A stretch of 51,939 nt of DNA from Desulfatiglandales bacterium (GTDB lineage: Bacteria > Desulfobacterota > DSM-4660 > Desulfatiglandales > HGW-15): assembly GCA_030145585.1 (NCBI GenBank), contig JAQYVK010000191.1, positions 1 through 51,939 on the forward strand, given 5' to 3'. The notes beneath the pieces are model-generated. The model ran no database searches and was not told the origin of the DNA. It saw only the letters and a list, made by a program, of their open reading frames with translations. A program made the translations under genes and the position numbers. Every line of letters begins with the position of its first letter. Position 1 is the first letter of the stretch. Positions 8,853-17,683 of this stretch are shown here, piece after piece.

Positions 8853-9743
8853 CTAACCTTCATCTATTATCAGCCGGGAAATCCCTAGCATTTCTCGCGC
8901 TTCGGCCGGCGAGGCTATTTCACAACCCAATTCTCTGGCAATTCGGACGGTTCTCGCCACCAATTGCGCATTGTTATCCGCCAGTTCACCTTTCTGGTAA
9001 TAAACGTTGTCTTCAAAACCGACGCGTGCGTGTCCACCCATGAGAATTGACTGTGTGGTTGCCGGCAGTTCATCATTCCCCACACCCATCACGCTGAACA
9101 TCGCGTCCGATGGCAGGGCATCGACAAGCTGCATCAAAAGCCGAGGTGAATAGCCCATATATGAACGGTTTATGCGGCGCATTCCCATAACAAAATTGTA
9201 CCAGTAGGGCTTTGTGAGAAGCCCTTTTTCGATGAGATAATAGGTATCCTCCATCACAACCGGATTAAAGATCTCCAGTTCCGGTTTCACGCCCCTTTCC
9301 AACATAGCCTTGGCACCAGACTCTATCTCAGGCAGGGTGGTAATATAGAAACTCTCTTTGTCTCCAAATGTGATCATCCTGGGGATGGTAATATCCAATG
9401 TCGCCATCTCCGGATTCATTTCAATGGCTTTAATCCTCTTGTCTTTTCCAAGCCGCGGGATGTAATCTGAAGCGGTGCTGTGCTGGATAATGATATCGCA
9501 TTTTTGTTCTCTTATCCGTTGATCGATCTCACGCAAGACCTCCGGGTCTGAGGTCGGCGCATTTGTTTCCCTTGCCCTGGCATGGATGTGGACGATACTG
9601 GCCCCTTCGTTCCAGGCTTCATAGGCCGAGTGCGCAATCTCCTCAGGTTGTAAAGGCAGATTGGGATTCGCTTCCTTCCCCTGAAACCCGCCGGTTGTGG
9701 CCACCGTTACGATTAATTTTTCTGTCGTTCTAAGCTCCCTCAT
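8853..9743 (-). CDS. beta-keto acid cleavage enzyme (BKACE / 3-keto-5-aminohexanoate cleavage enzyme family, DUF849)
   Basis: 296 aa with LIVTVATTGG...NPNLPLQPEEIA...GASIVHIHAR, characteristic of the Kce/BKACE TIM-barrel family. It ends 11 nt upstream of the amidohydrolase gene. Confidence 0.85.
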   Translation of the reverse strand: MRELRTTEKLIVTVATTGGFQGKEANPNLPLQPEEIAHSAYEAWNEGASIVHIHARARETNAPTSDPEVLREIDQRIREQKCDIIIQHSTASDYIPRLGKDKRIKAIEMNPEMATLDITIPRMITFGDKESFYITTLPEIESGAKAMLERGVKPELEIFNPVVMEDTYYLIEKGLLTKPYWYNFVMGMRRINRSYMGYSPRLLMQLVDALPSDAMFSVMGVGNDELPATTQSILMGGHARVGFEDNVYYQKGELADNNAQLVARTVRIARELGCEIASPAEAREMLGISRLIIDEG

Positions 9744-9987
9744 TTTTTCGCAGCCTTTCTTTTTCCCGGTTCTTGAATCAAATAGTCCTGAGGATGAGGA
9801 CGCGCCCCAAGAAGCTCACATAATATTTTTGTACCGAAAAAACGTCATAAAATCAAGCCCATATTCGATGCCACTGTGACATGTGACTGTTTGAAGCCGA
9901 TATGCTAATATTTGAATAACCCAAACCACAGCCTTCCGCCGGATGGTCGATTTCCGGGTTAAACTCACATCTCAATGGAGAAAAAAG

Positions 9988-11064
9988 ATGGGTAAATATC
10001 TAATCCTCGATATCGGAGCCGGAACCATAGACATCCTTTATTATGACACCAACTCCAATATTCACTATAAAGCGGTTGCCAAATCTCCTGTCCTTTCCCT
10101 GGCCGAACAGGCTTCCCGCCTTTCCGGGGACCTCCTGATCACTGGTGTTGAAATGGGTGGGGGGACTCTATCAGGGGTATTGAGAGAGCGTGTACAAAAG
10201 TCAAAGGTCACCATGTCCGTTTCTTCCGCCGCCACAATCCACCACAATATGAAAAAGGTGCGCTCTTGGGGTATTGAAGTCATTGAAGACGAAGCGGCCG
10301 AGGGCTTACGACATGACAACAGGTATAATGCTCTGACTTTGGGGGATCTGGAGCTGGAAAGATTGGAGCACGCGATTGAAGGACTTGGTATTCCATTCAC
10401 CTTTGATGTGGTAGGGATCTGTGCGCAGGATCACGGAATCCCTCCTGACGGCATATCTCACCTGGATTACCGCCATCAAATCTTCAAGGCCGGTCTCGAT
10501 GACGCCCCCTATCCTCATACCCTGCTTTTCGGAGATAATGAGGTCCCTGAGACATTTAATCGGCTCAGGTCCATTGCTGAAAGCGCAAAGTCCTTGCCGG
10601 CCGATGAGATTTACGTCATGGACAGCGGAATGGCGGCCATATTGGGAGCATCCATGGATCCCCGGGCAAGGGGAAAAAAGAAGATCATGGTCCTTGATGT
10701 GGCGACCTCCCATACGGTCGGTGCCGCCTTGGAGGATGGGCAAATCGCCGGCTTTTTTGAATACCATACCCATGACATTACCTTGGATCGGCTGGAGGTC
10801 CTGTTGATAGATCTGGCAGATGGGAAATTGAGCCACGAACGCATATTGGAGGAAGGGGGTCATGGCGCCTATGTCCGCAAGGCAATCCGGTTTGAAGCCG
10901 CAGAAATCATTGTCGCCACTGGTCCCAAGCGTCGGTTGGTGGCAAACTCCAAATTGCCCATAATGCTCGGAGCCCCTTTGGGAGATAATATGATGACCGG
11001 AACTGTGGGTGTTTTGGAGGCCATCCGTAGACGTAAGGGACTGCAGGCGTTTTCCTATCTTTGA
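9988..11064 (+). CDS. DUF1786-family protein (ASKHA/actin-like ATPase fold, function unknown)
   Basis: The N-terminal phosphate-1-like motif MGKYLILDIGAGTIDIL and a later VLDVATSHTVGA resemble DUF1786. The ATG at 9988 is preceded by GGAG at 9977-9980. The ORF track starts earlier, at 9943. Confidence 0.7.
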   Translation: MGKYLILDIGAGTIDILYYDTNSNIHYKAVAKSPVLSLAEQASRLSGDLLITGVEMGGGTLSGVLRERVQKSKVTMSVSSAATIHHNMKKVRSWGIEVIEDEAAEGLRHDNRYNALTLGDLELERLEHAIEGLGIPFTFDVVGICAQDHGIPPDGISHLDYRHQIFKAGLDDAPYPHTLLFGDNEVPETFNRLRSIAESAKSLPADEIYVMDSGMAAILGASMDPRARGKKKIMVLDVATSHTVGAALEDGQIAGFFEYHTHDITLDRLEVLLIDLADGKLSHERILEEGGHGAYVRKAIRFEAAEIIVATGPKRRLVANSKLPIMLGAPLGDNMMTGTVGVLEAIRRRKGLQAFSYL

Positions 11065-11247
11065 TATTTCATCGAATGAATACGGAAAGTGACGCCTCTC
11101 CGCGCTCCCGAGCGGGGCATCCAGGCGCGGAAGAGTAACGGTTCCCTTGGAATTTTCATAAAAAAAGTATTGCAAAAAGAGGCATAATCAGGATAAAACC
11201 AGAGGCGATCTCATCATTGGATGAGGGGATCTTAAGGGAGACAGAAA

Positions 11248-11478
11248 ATGGATATTCTTCAGGATTACTTTCTATGTGATAGCTGCCAGTGTAAGGACTT
11301 CAAGCGTATTTATAATTTTTCTCTTCGATTTCATGGGGTCAATTTCTCTGATGACCTTATCTATGATAAATTGGTAGATGAGATATACCAGTGTATTGAA
11401 TGTCAAAAAACCTTTACAAAAAATCAGATTGAAAAAAGGTTGGCTGAGTTTAGGCAGAAGCGCAAGGGAGAGGCATAA
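11248..11478 (+). CDS. small hypothetical protein with two CxxC pairs (zinc-ribbon-like)
   Basis: 76 aa with CDSC...CIEC. A GGGAG Shine-Dalgarno sequence lies upstream. I recognise no family. Confidence 0.45.
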   Translation: MDILQDYFLCDSCQCKDFKRIYNFSLRFHGVNFSDDLIYDKLVDEIYQCIECQKTFTKNQIEKRLAEFRQKRKGEA

Positions 11479-11512
11479 ATCTTGAACCTAATTGCAGGTT
11501 TAAAAACGACTT

Positions 11513-12232
11513 CTAGCGTTTCACCTCCTTGCCATAAAACTGGAATTTGTAAGACCCTAATTCAATGGTGTCAAAATCTTTCAACAGGACGCTATCCCTG
11601 ACGGTTTCACCATTTACCTTTAATTTTGTAATACCACCGGCGTAGGCTATGGTATAACCAGCCGGTCGTCGGCTGATTGTGGCGGCCGTTGCTCCCATGA
11701 AAACCCCTGACAGTTTAATCTCCGAGGTGTCCGCTTTACCGATCTTGGTGAGCTTTTTCCTCAGAACGATATCCCCCAAACTCGATCCATCTATGAAACT
11801 GACCACCCCTATCTTCTCAGGAGCCCTGACAGCTTTAGGAGGTGTTTTTTGTTTTTTAAGCAGCTCCTTTTGTTTTACTGTATCGAGCATCATGGTCTTG
11901 CCAAGGTCTATCTTTCCTGACTTTGCATCTCTCTGGATCTTCTTCTCACTTGCCACAAAAAGGATGATATGTTTCCCGATGAGAATATTGTCTCCATGGG
12001 AAAGCTTTTGTGTGACGACCTTTTTATTGTTTACAAAGGAACCGTTCGTACTTTGAAGATCCGTGACAATAAAATCATTGCCCGTCTTATCTATTCTCGC
12101 ATGGTATCCTGATACGGCGAGGTTCGCTATGACGATCGTATTGTCGTCTTCGCGTCCAATGGTTACGCTATCCTTAAGAAAAGGATATTCCTTAATTACC
12201 TGCTTATTGAACGTCAAGATCAGCCTGGCCAT
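11513..12232 (-). CDS. FHA domain protein (canonical N-terminal FHA plus degenerate C-terminal FHA-like domain)
   Basis: The N-terminal region reads TIGREDDNTIVIANLAVSGYHARIDK...TDLQSTNGSFVNNKKV...GDNILIG. The C-terminal region has an FHA-like topology (KIGKADTSEIKL...LKVNGETV...FDTIELGSYKFQF). Confidence 0.85.
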   Translation of the reverse strand: MARLILTFNKQVIKEYPFLKDSVTIGREDDNTIVIANLAVSGYHARIDKTGNDFIVTDLQSTNGSFVNNKKVVTQKLSHGDNILIGKHIILFVASEKKIQRDAKSGKIDLGKTMMLDTVKQKELLKKQKTPPKAVRAPEKIGVVSFIDGSSLGDIVLRKKLTKIGKADTSEIKLSGVFMGATAATISRRPAGYTIAYAGGITKLKVNGETVRDSVLLKDFDTIELGSYKFQFYGKEVKR

Positions 12233-12306
12233 GATCCACCCCCTCTATACGGGAATCATTCTTTTATATTTATGGCAGAAAATCGCCATATCCATGAAAT
12301 CCGTGT

Positions 12307-13161
12307 TTATATTCTTATCACCTTTCGTATCCCTGTCACAAAATCGGCGAGAAGAGAACCCATCTTATTGATCGGTCCACCTCGACCCGTTTTTATGCCT
12401 GATAAAAAAACGGAGACTATGGTTGCATTGTCATGGGCACCACGTTGCAGAACCGTGTCTACGAGTTTGCGGCATAGGTTCGACGGATCCTTATTTTTTT
12501 GGGTCATTTCAAATATTTCGTCATCGCTGACCAAGTCTGTAAGACCGTCCGAGCACAACACGAGCCGGTCCTTGTCTGAGGGCTCTATTTCGAAGATATC
12601 CGGTTCCAAAGTTTCGGAGGAACCCAAGTTTTTGGTCAAAATGTGTCTGAGCGGCGATGTCGTCGCCTCTTCCTCTGTCATAGTACCCATCTCTACTTGC
12701 TCAGAGACGATCGTATGGTCCTTTGATAATCTCTCCAAGTGACCATCCCTTACCATATATATCCGACTATCTCCTACATTGGCAGCAATAATAAGGCTTG
12801 GCGTCACGTATAGGATGACAACAGTAGTTCCCATCCCGTGGTACTCCTCGTGCCCCAAGGCCATTTCATAGACCACACGATTGGCCATCCTAATACTACT
12901 TAAGATATAATTTCCTATTAAAGTAAGAGAATTGTCAGGGGGGCCGAAGAGTTCGTCCTCGCGCGCTTCTTCTTCAAGCCACTTCCGAACACTCTTGTTG
13001 ATCATTTCTACGGCGACACGACTCGCCACTTCTCCTGCCAAATGACCTCCCATGCCGTCGGCCACGACATAAAGGCCCAAACTGTCTTCTTTTGAGTAGG
13101 AATCCTCGTTGTCCTCTCTTTTCAGACCGACATCTGTAATACCTGAAGCTTTTATCCTCAA
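12307..13161 (-). CDS. PP2C-family Ser/Thr protein phosphatase (Stp1-like)
   Basis: Contains GLKREDNEDS, VADGMGGH, LCSDGL and GAHDNATIV motifs. Confidence 0.9.
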   Translation of the reverse strand: MRIKASGITDVGLKREDNEDSYSKEDSLGLYVVADGMGGHLAGEVASRVAVEMINKSVRKWLEEEAREDELFGPPDNSLTLIGNYILSSIRMANRVVYEMALGHEEYHGMGTTVVILYVTPSLIIAANVGDSRIYMVRDGHLERLSKDHTIVSEQVEMGTMTEEEATTSPLRHILTKNLGSSETLEPDIFEIEPSDKDRLVLCSDGLTDLVSDDEIFEMTQKNKDPSNLCRKLVDTVLQRGAHDNATIVSVFLSGIKTGRGGPINKMGSLLADFVTGIRKVIRI

Positions 13162-13194
13162 ATCAACTCCAATCGTGAACTAGGGGAGGCCGAA

Positions 13195-15735
13195 TCATGC
13201 CTCGGGAAAGGATTCCTCTCTAAAAGCGTCTCTTCTCATCATCTGATTGATCTTTGAACTGAGCAATCTGATAACCTTTGCCATTTCGCCGGCGCTCTTG
13301 AACCGATCATCCCGCTCTTTGGACAATGCTTTATCAATGATCTGGCTGCAGACCTTGGGGAGTTTGGCGTTGAAATCGCGCACAGGCGGATGTTTTACTT
13401 GTGTAATTTGATACAATAAGCTGCTCAGGTTCTTCCCCTGAAAAGGCAATTCTCCAGAAAGCAATTGAAAAAACAGGACGCCGAGGGAAAAAATATCTGA
13501 TTTTTGATCAATTTTTTGTCCCATAATCTGCTCCGGGGACATGTAGTTGGGCGTTCCGAGGATGACACCCGTCTTAGTTCTTGATGAGGAGATGGCTTTC
13601 GCGATCCCAAAATCAGTCATCTTCACCCCACCGTTATCCAAGAGCATGATGTTGGCAGGCTTGATATCCCTGTGAATAACTTCTCTAGTATGAGCATATT
13701 CAAGGGCATCCGCGACCCGAGCTATAACCTGGAGGATTTTCCTAAAAGAAAGCAGTCTCTTCCTTCTTATAAATTTCGATAGGTCTTTGCCCTCTAAATA
13801 CTCCATCACGATATATGTGAGATCCTTATCCTCTCCAACGTCATAAATGGTCACAATCGAAGGGTGGGCCAGTTGACCCGCAATTTCCGCTTCCCGGAGA
13901 AACCGTCTTTTTATGTCCTTGATGGCATCCTCCTCAAATTCATCAGAAAATCTGATCGTTTTAATGGCCAGATGTCGATTAATTTTGGGGTCAAGGGCCT
14001 TATATACGAGCCCCATTGAGCCCGACCCCAAAACCTCGAGCAATTCGTACCGTCCAACCTTTTTTCGTTCTTCCGGGGAGGACTCCTCCACAATATTGTG
14101 TTCTTTAAGCCTCCCATGACTTCCGATTGTAGAGGACTTGCTCGACTCCATCAATTTAGGGATACGACGTTCCAGATCTCCGAACCCGTCCTTCTCATTT
14201 ATATATTCATAAACAGTGAGAGCCTTGTTAATCATTCTTTTCCTCTCATATTCGAGGCCCAACTGAAAAATGATTTTTTTCGTTTCTAGGTCAAGCGGGA
14301 GTTTTTGAAATTTTTCATAAGCGAGATCAAGGAGCCCCTGACTTTGAAAGCTGAGACCGAGTAACCGATTTATTTCGATCGATTCCTTGGTATCTCTTTC
14401 GGAGGTAACGTATTGGTTGATTGAAACAACCATATAGATTGTTACCAGACAGGCGACGATATAAACCGTTTTGAACCATGCGTCCATCATTACTAATAAA
14501 AACGTTCCAGACAGAAGAATGAGAATAGTGAGCCCTAACATCCATCCCAATCTTCTTAGCCATCCTAATCGAGGGAAGAGGTAGGTGGCGAGCACTCCGA
14601 GGCACAAAAGAACCAACGTCTCGATGTAGGCCATGTACGGGGGCCGAAAGATAAAATGCTTGTTAATCGTATTGTGAAGAATTCGAGCGATCAATTCGTT
14701 TTCGGACATGGAAGGTGAAATGGGTGTTGGAATACTCACGCTTTCACTATTATTGAGCCCAATGAGTACGATTTTGTTTTTAAAAAGAGGAGGAATTTTC
14801 TTTGCCTGGAGAATATCTGAAAAAGAGTATCGGGGAAAGTTGTCCTGATCTTTATGAAATCTAATAAGCATTTCTCCATCACTGATGGGAATAGTCCGGT
14901 CTTTCAACCGAATCAGGTTTTTATCCACAATGACCTGTCTAGGTTCTTGATTTAAATACGCGATAGCGACTCTCAAAGGGAAGGAGGGGAGAAGAAAACT
15001 TTTGTATCTGATAAAGATCGGATGTGATCTGCTTCCCATCTTACCTTCGGAGATTAATTTTCCGTGACCTAGACCGAGTACATTTTGTGCGAGATCTGTG
15101 AAGGGAAGAGATATCGAGCGTAAATTATCCACACCATTCAATGAAATGGAGGACCTGCCTTGCATCAACAAATTTCTTGAAAGAATGAGACCCTCTTCTC
15201 TCCTCATTTTTTTTGGGCCATATCCCGAATTCTCATAGACCGGCAAAATTACATTTCCACTCAGTAGAACGCTTTCAGCCATTCGCCTGTCGCTGTCAAG
15301 TTTTTCTTCTAACCGCGTCAGGTTTTCCATGACCCATTTTGTCATAGGGACATTTTCTTGTTCAAACCCTCTGGCGCCGAATTTGTCACGAAACGCTCTC
15401 ACCTCCATGAGACCCCGGTTCTGCTGTTCCGCACTAAATGGTATATTCAGACAGATTAACCTCACCCCTTTTTGATTGAGGCTTTGTATCATCTCTGCAA
15501 TGACAAGCCTTGGCCAGGGCCATGGGCCGATCTTTTTCAGACTCTTCTCATCAATCTCTATAAGGACGATATCATGCGAACCTTTCTGGTCCGAAAAGGT
15601 TAAGCGCATATTATTATCCAAAAGAGCTCTCTCTAATTGCTCAAACATCGAAAGGCCAGAAAGAGAAAAAATAACAAATACCAATACAAGGATGAACCCC
15701 GGGAGCCTTTTTAGATTTAAGTTCTGTTTAGCCAT
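13195..15735 (-). CDS. CHASE2 sensor domain-containing Ser/Thr protein kinase
   Basis: 846 aa. It has an N-terminal TM helix followed by CHASE2-like IVLIEIDEKSLKKIGPWPWPR, then a block of TM helices. The C-terminal Hanks kinase domain carries GSGSMGLVYKA, HRDIKPANIML, DFGIAK and PNYMSPEQ. Confidence 0.9.
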   Translation of the reverse strand: MAKQNLNLKRLPGFILVLVFVIFSLSGLSMFEQLERALLDNNMRLTFSDQKGSHDIVLIEIDEKSLKKIGPWPWPRLVIAEMIQSLNQKGVRLICLNIPFSAEQQNRGLMEVRAFRDKFGARGFEQENVPMTKWVMENLTRLEEKLDSDRRMAESVLLSGNVILPVYENSGYGPKKMRREEGLILSRNLLMQGRSSISLNGVDNLRSISLPFTDLAQNVLGLGHGKLISEGKMGSRSHPIFIRYKSFLLPSFPLRVAIAYLNQEPRQVIVDKNLIRLKDRTIPISDGEMLIRFHKDQDNFPRYSFSDILQAKKIPPLFKNKIVLIGLNNSESVSIPTPISPSMSENELIARILHNTINKHFIFRPPYMAYIETLVLLCLGVLATYLFPRLGWLRRLGWMLGLTILILLSGTFLLVMMDAWFKTVYIVACLVTIYMVVSINQYVTSERDTKESIEINRLLGLSFQSQGLLDLAYEKFQKLPLDLETKKIIFQLGLEYERKRMINKALTVYEYINEKDGFGDLERRIPKLMESSKSSTIGSHGRLKEHNIVEESSPEERKKVGRYELLEVLGSGSMGLVYKALDPKINRHLAIKTIRFSDEFEEDAIKDIKRRFLREAEIAGQLAHPSIVTIYDVGEDKDLTYIVMEYLEGKDLSKFIRRKRLLSFRKILQVIARVADALEYAHTREVIHRDIKPANIMLLDNGGVKMTDFGIAKAISSSRTKTGVILGTPNYMSPEQIMGQKIDQKSDIFSLGVLFFQLLSGELPFQGKNLSSLLYQITQVKHPPVRDFNAKLPKVCSQIIDKALSKERDDRFKSAGEMAKVIRLLSSKINQMMRRDAFREESFPEA

Positions 15736-16078
15736 TTAACTTTATAAAAATATTCTCTAACTTAATCAAATTAAAAGAGAATATATCAAAATAACACTTA
15801 AATGTCAAAGTGTTCTGTCATTCTGGATAAAGAATAGCAGAAGAACCCCGAGCTTTTGTCGGGGCTTTTGGCCTTGCAGTTAGAAAACCAGACGGCCATA
15901 TTTTACGCGAGATGACATAGATAATGGGGGTTTTTTGGTGATAAAAATTAGAGGCTAAATAATTTGGGCCAGCTTGCTCCAAAAAAGGAATGAAGATTGG
16001 CCATGCCTGTTTCCGAAACGGTCTATCAAGCAGGAGCATGGCTTTGAATTTAAAGAGAACTCAGTCCTGAAATTCCTG

Positions 16079-17611
16079 TCATGTGCTGATCTCATACTGC
16101 TCCATATGGAAATCAGCCTTTGCTAAGATGATGATTCTCCTATCCAGCCTTTTTTCAAGATCAATGATCGATTCCTGCTCCTCTTCCTTTAAAATACTGT
16201 CTATTTCAGGATTCACTTCTACATAGATTCGATCGCCTCCCATTGAGTTTGCGGCCTCCCTCTCGAGGTCACGAAATATCTCAAAGCATAGGGTTCTTTT
16301 CGATTTTAAGGACCCGAGGCCCTCGCAGTAAAAACAGGGTTCACTCAATAATCTATTCAGATTCTCCCGCGTTCTTTTCCTGGTCATCTCAATAAGACCC
16401 AACTCTGACATCCTTAGAATGTGCGTTTTGGCCTTGTCTTTACTCAAATTCTCCTTTAGGGCCAAAAAGACCCGGTCCCGATTGGCCCTTTTTTCCATAT
16501 CAATAAAATCAATGACGATCAGGCCCCCGATATTTCTCAAGCGCAACTGAAAAGCAATTTCCTTTACTGCCTCTAGGTTGGTTTTCAAAATGGTCTCTTC
16601 AAGGTTCCTCTTGCCTACATAGCTTCCCGTATTTACGTCTATGGACGTAAGGGCTTCCGTCAATTCAATAACGATATATCCCCCGGATTTTAACCATATT
16701 TTTTTCTCAAGGGCTCGGGCGATCTCCATCTCTATCCCGTAGGTATCGAAGATAGGATCCTCGCCCTCATATAACTCGATAGAATATATTAGCCCCGGCG
16801 CAAAAGTTTCAATAAAGGCCATGATATTCTCATACTCTTCTTCAGAGTCAATGATAAGCCGATCAACTTCACGGGTAAACAGATCGCGTATTGAGCGTAA
16901 CGAAATGGTCAAGTCCTTGTATAAAAGGCTCGGGCTGGAAGATTTTTCCATCTTTCTTTTTATGCTGTCCCATAATTTAAGGAGGAAATCCATCTCGGAT
17001 TTTAATTTGTCGGTATCTGCGCCCTCACTGACCGTCCTGACTATGAACCCGTAGCTGTTTGGCCTTATATTTTCAATGATGTTCTTGAGCCTTTCTCTCT
17101 CCACCGGATCTTCGATCTTTCTTGAAATTCCGATGTGGTTGACGGTGGGCATTAGGACCAGGTGCCTGCCGGGTAATGAAATATGAGAGGTGAGACGGGC
17201 TCCTTTGTTTCCCAAAGGCTCCTTCGATATCTGGACCATGATATCCTGCCCTTCATGGAGTAGATCCTCTATGTGAAGTGAAATCCCCGACAACGGATCG
17301 AATCTTTCCATGTCCGGATTTTCAGGCTGAGGGTCATCATCTTCGATACTGTTTTGGAGCATCAGTTTTTCTATTTCCAGAAAGTCTGTATGGACGTCCG
17401 CCACATATAGGAAGGCACTTCTGTCAAGGCTCGTGTCGACGAAAGCGGCTTGCATCCCCGGCAGAACCCGGACCACCTTCCCACGATAAATATTCCCCAT
17501 AAGTTCGTGGCCTGTTTTTCTTTCAATATGGAGTTCAACAACGATCCCGTTTTCGATCAGGGCGACTCTTGTTTCATGGGGTCTCGCATTAATGACTAAT
17601 TCACTGGGCAT
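16079..17611 (-). CDS. rng: ribonuclease G (RNase E/G family)
   Basis: 510 aa with an S1 domain (GNIYRGKVVRVLPGMQAAFV) and an RNase E/G catalytic core (IVIDFIDM). Confidence 0.9.
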   Translation of the reverse strand: MPSELVINARPHETRVALIENGIVVELHIERKTGHELMGNIYRGKVVRVLPGMQAAFVDTSLDRSAFLYVADVHTDFLEIEKLMLQNSIEDDDPQPENPDMERFDPLSGISLHIEDLLHEGQDIMVQISKEPLGNKGARLTSHISLPGRHLVLMPTVNHIGISRKIEDPVERERLKNIIENIRPNSYGFIVRTVSEGADTDKLKSEMDFLLKLWDSIKRKMEKSSSPSLLYKDLTISLRSIRDLFTREVDRLIIDSEEEYENIMAFIETFAPGLIYSIELYEGEDPIFDTYGIEMEIARALEKKIWLKSGGYIVIELTEALTSIDVNTGSYVGKRNLEETILKTNLEAVKEIAFQLRLRNIGGLIVIDFIDMEKRANRDRVFLALKENLSKDKAKTHILRMSELGLIEMTRKRTRENLNRLLSEPCFYCEGLGSLKSKRTLCFEIFRDLEREAANSMGGDRIYVEVNPEIDSILKEEEQESIIDLEKRLDRRIIILAKADFHMEQYEIST

Positions 17612-17683
17612 GGTAGAAACTCATCTCTCCTTTCCAGGGTCCTAAAAGTTTTCTTTTTTTTAATAGATTCTGCCCTTCCTTAT

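Noticed and set aside
10306-11175. 289-aa minus-strand ORF overlapping most of the DUF1786 gene.
   Set aside because: It is antisense to a CDS that has a good Shine-Dalgarno sequence and family-like motifs. Its translation is Gly/His/Gln-rich noise with no motif. It has no plausible RBS.
15818-16039. 73-aa minus-strand ORF downstream of rng.
   Set aside because: It has no Shine-Dalgarno sequence and odd composition. It also contains a terminator-like hairpin, CCCCGA-gcttttg-TCGGGG (15846-15864), which is more simply read as the rng 3' terminator region.
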